From a bacterium (GTDB taxonomy: Bacteria > Armatimonadota > HRBIN16), in NCBI GenBank assembly GCA_025054895.1, contig JANWYZ010000002.1, forward strand, positions 1 through 36,695: a stretch of 36,695 nucleotides of DNA. The letters are read 5' to 3'. A program made the translations under genes and the position numbers. How positions within the stretch are numbered: the first letter of the stretch is position 1; the number at the start of each line of letters is the position of its first letter. Positions 24,557 through 31,825 of this stretch are shown here, one piece after another. Under the pieces are notes generated by a model. It was not told where the DNA came from. It made no database searches and saw only the letters and a program-made list of their open reading frames with translations.

Positions 24557-25744
24557 ATGAAATACATCCTGCTGGTGCCAGATGGTTTTGCAGACGACCC
24601 CTTGCCGGAGTGGAACGGCAAGACGCCCAAGATGCGCGCTAACACACCGCACCTCGATACTCTGGCAAAGCGCGCGCTGATCGGCGCGGTGTGGACGGTA
24701 CCCCCAGACATGTACCCGGGCAGCGACGTAGCGAATATGGCGATTTTAGGCTACGACCCGCGCCGTTACTACACCGGCAGGGGACCGCTGGAGGCGCTGG
24801 CGATGGGCATCTCGCTGGACGAGGAGGATATCGCCTTTCGCTGCTCACTCATCAGCACTGATGGAGAGCGCATCACCGACCATAGCGCGGGCAACATCAA
24901 CAACGAAGAGGCGCACCCCCTGATCCGGCTGGTGAATGAGAAGCTCGGCACGCGCCACTGGCGGTTCTTCCCGGGCGTGGGTTACCGGCACGTGATGGTG
25001 TGGCACGGGGGACCGACGGACGTTCGGTGTACACCTCCTCATGATGTTGTTGGCGAGGAGTGGGCAAAGCATCTGCCGGTGGGCGAAGGAGAGGAGAAAC
25101 TACGCAGGCTCATCGAGGACTCCCTGAACCTGTTGGACGACCACCCCATCAACCGTCGCCGACGCGATGAGGGCAAGCCTCCCGCGAACATGATATGGCC
25201 CTGGGGACAGGGACTTGCGCCGCAGCTACCCTCTTTCGCGCTGAAGTACGGCGTTACCGGCGCGGTGGTGGCGGAAGTAGACCTGGTGAAGGGCATTGGG
25301 CGAGCGGCGGGGCTGGAAGTGCCCACCGTGCCCGGCGCAACCGGTTATCTGCATACGGATTATCGCGCTATCGGTGCGTGGGCGTTGCGGATGCTGGACA
25401 AACATGACTTCGTGTTCGTGCATGTAGAGGCTCCCGACGAGGCAGGGCACCAAGGCGACCCCGAAGCGAAGGCGTGGGCGCTGGAGCGAATCGACGAGCA
25501 CATCGTGGCGCAGCTGGTGGATGGTCTGCGCGAGCACGATTACCGGATGCTGGTGTTGCCCGATCATGCGACGCCTGTTGCCATCCGCACCCATCGGGCG
25601 GGGGCGGTTCCCTTCATGCTGTACGATTCGCACGAGGACCTCTCACGCGGTCATGCGCTCACCTTCGACGAGAGCGCGGTAGAGGAGGCAAAGCTGCGCA
25701 TCGACGAGGGCTGGCGGTTGATCGAGATGCTGTTCCGTCAGTAG
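24557..25744 (+). CDS. apgM: Cofactor-independent phosphoglycerate mutase, archaeal type
   Basis: Contains MKYILLVPDGFADDP, ANTPHLDTLA, GSDVANMAILGYDP, HVEAPDEAGHQGD and LPDHATP. GGAGGAG Shine-Dalgarno. Confidence 0.85.
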   Translation: MKYILLVPDGFADDPLPEWNGKTPKMRANTPHLDTLAKRALIGAVWTVPPDMYPGSDVANMAILGYDPRRYYTGRGPLEALAMGISLDEEDIAFRCSLISTDGERITDHSAGNINNEEAHPLIRLVNEKLGTRHWRFFPGVGYRHVMVWHGGPTDVRCTPPHDVVGEEWAKHLPVGEGEEKLRRLIEDSLNLLDDHPINRRRRDEGKPPANMIWPWGQGLAPQLPSFALKYGVTGAVVAEVDLVKGIGRAAGLEVPTVPGATGYLHTDYRAIGAWALRMLDKHDFVFVHVEAPDEAGHQGDPEAKAWALERIDEHIVAQLVDGLREHDYRMLVLPDHATPVAIRTHRAGAVPFMLYDSHEDLSRGHALTFDESAVEEAKLRIDEGWRLIEMLFRQ

Positions 25745-25794
25745 CACGCACATCACGCACATCCTGTGCGTGGGGCACGTTCTGTTGTAATCTT

Positions 25795-25835
25795 CTCCCC
25801 CTTCCCTAAGCAGGAAGGGGGAGTTACTTTTCTCC
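25795..25835. terminator. Bidirectional terminator hairpin CTCCCCCTTCC-CTAAGCA-GGAAGGGGGAG between convergent genes
   Basis: Perfect 11-bp stem at 25795-25805 / 25813-25823, then TTACTTTTCT on the + strand. It sits between the apgM stop (25744) and the cytochrome stop (25858). Confidence 0.65.
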
Positions 25836-25857
25836 TGACAAGAGATACGTTCAACCG

Positions 25858-27330
25858 CTACTCGGCGCCCCGGCGATACGACTCCTTGAGCCTTTGCAGG
25901 TCTGCCTCGAGGATGGCTCGCCGCGTCGCAGCCGACAGGTTCGCCGAACGCGATCCCGCGCCTACCCCCAGCCTGTCCAGATTGGCGTTAGCGACATCCA
26001 GCAGGTAGCGTGCGTAGGCTGCATTGTGTATGCCGAAGCTGCTATCGCGCAGGACGAACCAGTAGTTGTGACGTGCACGCTTGACCTCGATGGGTACCTG
26101 CGCCTGTGGCGGAGCGGTCTTGCCTGCAGGGATGAGCGTGGTGTAATCCCACAGGTCCGCATCGCCCAGGTTCTGCTGTGCCCATGCCCGCAGGCGCGAG
26201 CGCAATGCCAGCAGTGCTTGCTCTATCTGCGTCTTGGTCGCTTGCGTGCGCGCTGCTGCATCGGCTGCCGTGTGGCACGGCGAGCAACCGGTATCGTAGC
26301 TCACGGTGAAGGTGTGGCGGGAGTTTGGCAGGTGGCAATGCGAGCACTGTCCGGCGATGGTAGCATGTGCCGTGGTACGTACCACTGGTCCGGGCTGCTC
26401 CTCCACGCCAGTGATACCCATGAGCATGTTGTACTGGTTGCTATAGTGGAAGTTGGGACGCGCTGTGCCGGCGTTCAGTGAGGCATCCGACGGGTTGCCG
26501 CCGCGTGCGTTATGGCATGAGGCGCATATCTGGTTGAAAGTGGTGTACTGTTTGACCGGTACGCCCGGAGCCACGTCGGTGGTATCCGTATTCAACTCGG
26601 CTCGGCGCAGCTGCACTTCCTTACCCTTCCAGGTGAGGATGCCCGTGTTGCGGTGCGGGTCATGGCACGAAACGCAGGACGCGCTCTCATGGGTCGCGTG
26701 GGCGATAGCTACGATGGCGTCTGCACTCATCGCCTGGATGCTGGCGTCGATAGCGTCGCGCGACTGCTTGTACGAGAGCTTGCTGTCCACCATCTGCGCG
26801 CGGAAGGGCGCGCTATGGCAACGGAAGCAGGTCTTACCGTAGAGGTTTGGATTCGCCTCTGCTTCCCCCACCACCGCTTCCACGGCGCCAGCGTGTCCAG
26901 ACTGTTCGTATTGGGCGGCGATGGTACCGTGACACTGTGCGCATACCACCGAGCTCGCCGCGTTCGGGTAGGTAAGGATGTTGCTCTTGAGAGGAGCCTG
27001 CACGTGTTTGCTACCCGGACCGTGGCACTGCTCGCATCCAACGTTCACCTGCGCATGTTTGGTCCTTGCCCACGCAACGGCTACTGGTTCTGCTCCCGTC
27101 TGCCTGTTGCCAGCGCCGTGGCACCCCAGACACTTGTCTGATCCCACATAGCTGGCGTCTTTCTGCGCTTCAGGCAACAGTTCGGTGAACCGTGTGGAAG
27201 GGGAGGGCGTTCCGTCGCCGGGTGGACGGATCAAAGGGCCACCGCCGCCCCCGCATCCCTCCAGCACGAACACTGCGACCGCCAGCGCCAGCGAGACGCC
27301 TGTCAGCCAAAGAATGCGTCTTCTAAGCAT
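25858..27330 (-). CDS. Octahaem c-type cytochrome, putative lipoprotein, with long haem-free helical C-terminal region
   Basis: - 490 aa with eight CXXCH motifs: CLGCH, CEQCH, CAQCH, CFRCH, CVSCH, CASCH, CSHCH, CSPCH.
- Signal peptide ending VLEGC followed by a Gly run (lipobox-like).
- GGAGG 8 nt upstream of the ATG at 27330. Confidence 0.85.
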   Translation of the reverse strand: MLRRRILWLTGVSLALAVAVFVLEGCGGGGGPLIRPPGDGTPSPSTRFTELLPEAQKDASYVGSDKCLGCHGAGNRQTGAEPVAVAWARTKHAQVNVGCEQCHGPGSKHVQAPLKSNILTYPNAASSVVCAQCHGTIAAQYEQSGHAGAVEAVVGEAEANPNLYGKTCFRCHSAPFRAQMVDSKLSYKQSRDAIDASIQAMSADAIVAIAHATHESASCVSCHDPHRNTGILTWKGKEVQLRRAELNTDTTDVAPGVPVKQYTTFNQICASCHNARGGNPSDASLNAGTARPNFHYSNQYNMLMGITGVEEQPGPVVRTTAHATIAGQCSHCHLPNSRHTFTVSYDTGCSPCHTAADAAARTQATKTQIEQALLALRSRLRAWAQQNLGDADLWDYTTLIPAGKTAPPQAQVPIEVKRARHNYWFVLRDSSFGIHNAAYARYLLDVANANLDRLGVGAGSRSANLSAATRRAILEADLQRLKESYRRGAE

Positions 27331-27364
27331 ATACCTGACCTCCTTTTACAGGGCGAAGCTTTCC

Positions 27365-28480
27365 TCACGGTGAGGTGTACGGTTGGGACAGCTTCTCTAT
27401 CTGTTGCGGCGTCAACGGCTCAGCGTACAGCATCTGCTTGCCGTCTGCCCCCGTCTTCAGGAAGACCCACTTGGTGGGGTCTGTTGTAGGCGACGCCGGG
27501 TCGCCCGTATAGTCCACAAAATCCAGCCGGAACGCCGTCTGCCAGTCTGGCGGTACAGGAATGACCCCCTTAGTGTTGACAATCTTGCTGCCATCCCATC
27601 GAGTGACAGTGATTTTGCCCGTCTGCGTGTACTCACGGATGGCAGCGTTGTCGTGGCAGTCCTCGCACTTCTTGGCGTTACGGCTAATGGTATGCGCTCG
27701 ATAGGGGGCTATCGCCACGAAGGTTTTGTCACCATAGTTGAGGGTCATCAGCGTGCCCGAGTGCACCTTACCGCCGGGCTTGCGTCGTAGCAGCAACATG
27801 TAGTCCCGGATGATACCGTGCGGGCGTTTACGGTCTGCCTGAATCTCGCTCTGCAAGTGACAGTTATAGCACGAGATAACGGACTGGGTGTGGCAGGCGG
27901 TGCAGTCTACCGTGTTGTTGTGAACTTGATGCACCTGGATATTCGCGACAGCCTTGTGGCAGGTTTCGCATTTAACCTTCACCGCGCCCTCATCCAACCA
28001 CGAAGCGTACTGCTTGCCGTCGCCATGCACATCTTCCAGCGTGTGGCAGCTCATGCAGCGGAAGCCTTTTGCACGGTGTACGTCGGAATAACCCAGCGCA
28101 ATCTCACGCGCCTGTCGGCTGTGGCACTTGAGGCAGGTGGCGTCGCTTACAGGCGAACCGGGGCTGGAATGACAGTCATCGCAGCCGGGCCGGTAGGTGG
28201 CTGGATCGATAGGGCTGCCGTCGGCTTTAGTGCCCGGATGGCACTTCATGCATTTCATGTCGGAAATGGAGATGTTCGTTAGCGCCTCGAAACCGCCGTT
28301 TTGCTTGCTGTACCACGTGGCTTTGCCCGCGCGAGTGGCGTGCAAGCTGGTGCGGAAGGTCTCTTCAATGGACATCGGAGGCGCCTTGGCGGAGTCGCCC
28401 CCGCATCCGTACAGCAGCAAGACCGCGACGGCGCTCGTCAGGGTGAAGCTCGCCAAAACAAGTTGTCTCACGCTTTTCAT
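27365..28480 (-). CDS. Octahaem c-type cytochrome, putative lipoprotein
   Basis: - 371 aa from the ATG at 28480 (AAGGAGG 8 nt upstream; the ATG at 28486 is too close to the Shine-Dalgarno).
- Signal peptide ending LLYGC.
- Eight CXXCH motifs: CMKCH, CDDCH, CLKCH, CMSCH, CETCH, CTACH, CYNCH, CEDCH.
- About 100 aa of haem-free C-terminus. Confidence 0.85.
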   Translation of the reverse strand: MKSVRQLVLASFTLTSAVAVLLLYGCGGDSAKAPPMSIEETFRTSLHATRAGKATWYSKQNGGFEALTNISISDMKCMKCHPGTKADGSPIDPATYRPGCDDCHSSPGSPVSDATCLKCHSRQAREIALGYSDVHRAKGFRCMSCHTLEDVHGDGKQYASWLDEGAVKVKCETCHKAVANIQVHQVHNNTVDCTACHTQSVISCYNCHLQSEIQADRKRPHGIIRDYMLLLRRKPGGKVHSGTLMTLNYGDKTFVAIAPYRAHTISRNAKKCEDCHDNAAIREYTQTGKITVTRWDGSKIVNTKGVIPVPPDWQTAFRLDFVDYTGDPASPTTDPTKWVFLKTGADGKQMLYAEPLTPQQIEKLSQPYTSP

Positions 28481-28540
28481 GGTCATGACCTCCTTCGATT
28501 CCCCCTGTGAGGTTCTCCGTGCGCGCATAAAGTTTTCAAT

Positions 28541-28590
28541 GTGGCACAGGCATCTTGCCCGTCGGATTACGCGCAGGATGCGCGTGCCAC
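28541..28590. repeat. Nested REP-like hairpins in the intercistronic gap of the cytochrome operon
   Basis: Three elements: GTGGCACAGGCATCTTGCCCGTC (same family as 3964-3986), the inner hairpin ACGCGCA-GGA-TGCGCGT (28569-28585), and outer arms GTGGCAC (28541-47) / GTGCCAC (28584-90). Confidence 0.6.
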
Positions 28591-28624
28591 AGGCTGGCAT
28601 GCCTCATTCTCAGTGTATGTCTGC

Positions 28625-30331
28625 TTAGAAGCGTCCACTAAGCGATAACATCACCAGTTTGGTGTCGTAATCCATCCAGCTGACCACCTCGTCGCGATAG
28701 GACCATGGCGCGATGGTCAGCGTCAGCTCGTAGTCCGAAGGTAGCCTGTAGCTGATGTTTGCTGTAAGAAAACGCCCCTCGGCGTTGCCATCCCGCAGCA
28801 GCAACGGGTTGTCGTTGTCGGTGACGAAGTTGGTATAGCTGGCGCTGATGGCGGCGCGGTTGTTGATGCTCCAGTTGAAGCCGATGGTGCTTACCCTGCT
28901 GTTGGGTACAAAGTTACGCAGGATGGGCAGCTGTGTGACCTCGCTGCGTGCTGTCCACGCCTCAGAGGAGTACTCTGCAAACACGCTGAGGTTGTCACGG
29001 GGCGTCCAGGTGCCTCCCAAGGTGAAACCGTTGAGGTTCAGAGCAACCGCCCGCGCCCCGTTTGCCCATCTCCGGTAGGTGTAGGTGAGGTAACCGTTGA
29101 AGACCGGAGTTCCCCCGTCCAGCTTCACCTGTACGAGTCGCCGGTTGTCCCAGTAGAGCGAGCGCGGGTCGGCGGTCAGCATGGCGGGCGGGTCGTTCAA
29201 CCTTTCGTCCCAGCCGCGCACCGTCAGGCGCAGCTGCTTGCTGAGCCTGCCCCACAGCCTGCCCTCCACTGTCCACCAGCGTGGTACATCCACGAAGCTG
29301 TGGTCAGCACGCACGCGCTCAGCCTCTCGCTCGCGCACGCCCACCTGGAGGCTCCACCGATTCCAGCGGTGAATGAGCGAAGCGCTGCTACTGCGTCGCT
29401 CGCGAACATAAGCGTTTTGCACAACCGGTAACGTTATCTTATCCTGCCGGAAGGCGAGAGCCAGCTCCGTAGCGGTGCCCAGCACGATATCGCCCGCCAG
29501 GTTCATCGTTTCCATTCGGCTGTTTGGGCGGTTCTGCTGGCGCAGCTCCATACGGGCGAGAGTGCCTTCTAAAGCCACCACGGGGCTAATCTCCCACAGG
29601 TAACGGGCGTGCCATCGCTCCATGCCGGTGTCGGGGAAGGTGTTTGTTCGGTCAAAATACCGCCAGTCGGTATAGCCGATGCTGATTTGCCCGTTGCCCA
29701 GTTTGCCCTCCGCCACCGCATCCCAGTAGCGGGTATTCTGTAGCAGGGGCGTGCGCGGGGTCTCCAGATAGTGGTTCTGCCCATCCTGACGATAGCGCAC
29801 GAACACCGCGAAATCAGGCGTTAGCGACTGTTTGAAGAAGGATTCGGTGACACTGCGTTCGCTGGTCGGCAGGGGTTCTGGCGCGGAGGTGATGAACCGA
29901 TTGCGAGTGGTCCACGCCTCGATGCGAGTGGCTCCAAATCCAAACGACAGGTTACCCTCCAGCCGGTAGTCGTCTTCGGTGGGGCTCCATAGCTGCAGGC
30001 GCAGGTTATCGCCTGTACGCCAGAAAGGCGAAATATAGCGCAGTTCGCGGATAAAGCGGCTGTTCGGCGGGGTGGCATACTGCCGGAACTTGCCGAGGTT
30101 GCCGCTCTCATTCCACCACGACCAGCCCAGGTCTATCGTCACCGGCTTGGGCGGGGGAGGTAGCGGCGCCTCTGGCGATTCCGGCTGAGCCTGGGTCTCT
30201 TGTTCCGACGGAGGAGTAACCTGCGCACGGGCGGGCATAATGGCGCACAGGCAAAGGGAACACACCAGCAACCCGCTCGCGAGTAAGGCGTACAGGAGTC
30301 GGTAACAGATTGAACTGCTTGTGTTCTCCAT
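28625..30331 (-). CDS. Predicted outer-membrane beta-barrel protein (porin component of the porin-cytochrome cluster)
   Basis: - 568 aa with a signal peptide ending ARA|Q and a Pro-rich linker (PEAPLPPPPKP).
- More than 20 segments of alternating hydrophobic/polar residues rich in aromatic girdle residues.
- C-terminal LSLSGRF with a terminal Phe.
- GGGGAGGG Shine-Dalgarno; the start lies 14 nt after the upstream stop. Confidence 0.7.
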   Translation of the reverse strand: MENTSSSICYRLLYALLASGLLVCSLCLCAIMPARAQVTPPSEQETQAQPESPEAPLPPPPKPVTIDLGWSWWNESGNLGKFRQYATPPNSRFIRELRYISPFWRTGDNLRLQLWSPTEDDYRLEGNLSFGFGATRIEAWTTRNRFITSAPEPLPTSERSVTESFFKQSLTPDFAVFVRYRQDGQNHYLETPRTPLLQNTRYWDAVAEGKLGNGQISIGYTDWRYFDRTNTFPDTGMERWHARYLWEISPVVALEGTLARMELRQQNRPNSRMETMNLAGDIVLGTATELALAFRQDKITLPVVQNAYVRERRSSSASLIHRWNRWSLQVGVREREAERVRADHSFVDVPRWWTVEGRLWGRLSKQLRLTVRGWDERLNDPPAMLTADPRSLYWDNRRLVQVKLDGGTPVFNGYLTYTYRRWANGARAVALNLNGFTLGGTWTPRDNLSVFAEYSSEAWTARSEVTQLPILRNFVPNSRVSTIGFNWSINNRAAISASYTNFVTDNDNPLLLRDGNAEGRFLTANISYRLPSDYELTLTIAPWSYRDEVVSWMDYDTKLVMLSLSGRF

Positions 30332-30345
30332 AGCATTACCCTCCC

Positions 30346-31335
30346 CTATGGGCGACGCAACAGCGCGTCCGAATTGGAGCCGTGCACAGCCGCATGGCAG
30401 CCCGCCATCCAGCAGTTACGCCCCGGATAGTGCGTGGCTGATTTGTCAGTGTGGCACTGCGTGCACAACCCTCTCGAGAAGGCGTTTAACAGCTTGGGGT
30501 TTTGCGAGCCGTGCGCACGGTGGCACTCGGTGCATCCCTCTCCGCTCCATCCGGCGACCGGATCGTGTTCATAGGTGAACGGTCCGGCTTTGTCGGGATG
30601 GCAGCTGACGCACATCTCCTTGATGGGGCGGAAGCGTTTCTGCGCCGCCTTGCTGGGATGCGCTTCATGACATTCGCTACATTCCAGCCTGCGTTCAGGA
30701 ACTGGATGGTGGAAGTTGAGCCGGAACTCGTTCGCCTGACGTTGGTGACATTGGCTACACAGGATGGGGTCGTCGAACTTCAAAAGGCGACGGGGTTGCG
30801 GTTCCTTCTCCGTCTGCGGCGAGCGCAGGCTGCCCAGGTTGATCAGCCCTCGCGAAGGAGGCTCTTTATGCGGCTCCCAGTGAATCTGGTGACACGCAGT
30901 GCAGGCTACATCCGCCTTGCCATGCTGGGTGCGATGCCACTGGGACAGGCGCATGGTGTCGGCATGGCAACGCAGGCACATCGCGGCGATGTCTGCCGGC
31001 TTAGACTGGCTGTAGCTGAAGATTTTGGTGGGGTCTTCCAGATGCGGTTTCGCCGGCCCGTGACATGCTTCGCATCCTTGTTTATCCAGCGGTAGCCTGG
31101 TGTTGCGTACAAACGGCGCGTGCGGCGAGCGGGTGAAATTGTCGGCGTGGGGATAGTGACATCCTGATTCAGCGCAGTCCTTCTCGCCCATATAGTCGTC
31201 GGAAGTTGCTTCGGCGAAGAGGCTCAATGGATACGGGGGGGACTTCTGCTGTCCTTTCTCCGCCACAACGGTCACCGCTGTTAACACCGCCAACGCTATT
31301 ACGCTCAAACAGAGCCAACGTCTTTGCACGCCCAC
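30346..31335 (-). CDS. Periplasmic multihaem c-type cytochrome (8 CXXCH + 2 CX4CH; MtrA/DmsE/PioA-sized)
   Basis: - 329 aa with a Sec-type signal peptide and no lipobox Cys.
- CXXCH motifs at C88, C120, C145, C193, C219, C242, C268 and C291.
- CX4CH at C54-C59 and C308-C313.
- Ends in ...CHAAVHGSNSDALL, like doubled-CXXCH modules.
- GTG start 7 nt after CAGGAGGG. Confidence 0.85.
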   Translation of the reverse strand: MGVQRRWLCLSVIALAVLTAVTVVAEKGQQKSPPYPLSLFAEATSDDYMGEKDCAESGCHYPHADNFTRSPHAPFVRNTRLPLDKQGCEACHGPAKPHLEDPTKIFSYSQSKPADIAAMCLRCHADTMRLSQWHRTQHGKADVACTACHQIHWEPHKEPPSRGLINLGSLRSPQTEKEPQPRRLLKFDDPILCSQCHQRQANEFRLNFHHPVPERRLECSECHEAHPSKAAQKRFRPIKEMCVSCHPDKAGPFTYEHDPVAGWSGEGCTECHRAHGSQNPKLLNAFSRGLCTQCHTDKSATHYPGRNCWMAGCHAAVHGSNSDALLRRP

Positions 31336-31384
31336 AGGAATACCCTCCTGAGAACAAAGAGTTTGTCGTACAGACTGTGCTAAA

Positions 31385-31394
31385 ACACTAGTGT
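31385..31394. promoter_or_regulatory. Perfect 10-bp palindrome ACACTAGTGT between promoter and RBS of the cytochrome operon (operator candidate)
   Basis: The sequence is self-complementary and flanked by partially symmetric TTTTAG/CTAAAA. It lies in the predicted 5' UTR about 50 nt upstream of the GTG start. Confidence 0.4.
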
Positions 31395-31440
31395 ACTAAA
31401 ATAAGGTGAACACATTATAGTTTCTCACTTCACTATTCTA

Positions 31441-31469
31441 AATATACAAAATAACAGCGACTTTGTCAA
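31441..31469 (-). promoter_or_regulatory. Near-consensus sigma70-like promoter of the cytochrome operon: TTGACA, 17 nt, TATATT
   Basis: On the minus strand, -35 TTGACA is at 31469-31464, followed by an exact 17-nt spacer and -10 TATATT at 31446-31441. It lies in an AT-rich 130-bp upstream region. A second TATAAT is at 31419-31414. Confidence 0.6.
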
Positions 31470-31825
31470 TGGGGAACCTCTATTTTTCTGATAAAACCTT
31501 CGGAAACGGTTCTTGCTTTTCCTGCTTCAAAAGCATGGATGAGGTAACATTTTGCGAATCGAGAGGTCGTAACGCGCTGACCTCTGGGTATCGATGCCAG
31601 CTGGTACCGGGGTCAGTATGCGTTACGCTGGGGGCTTTCTCTGGAGAGGCATACAGGCTTACCTTGTTGTCATGTTTTTGTCTGCGAGCATCTGTCTATC
31701 CACCGTTGAAATGGTGGGCTATGCAGCAGGAAAAAACTGCCTGCGCAGGTTTCTCTAATCCGCATTTTGAACATCCTCAGCGAAAATCGCTTGCGTGTCT
31801 CATTACGAACGCTCTCCGTTTGTAG

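Noticed and set aside
31463-31825. 120-aa ORF in the cytochrome/suf intergenic region
   Set aside because: There is no Shine-Dalgarno sequence. The ORF runs through the promoter region of the opposite-strand operon and through a REP hairpin copy (31697-31722), and its composition is not protein-like.
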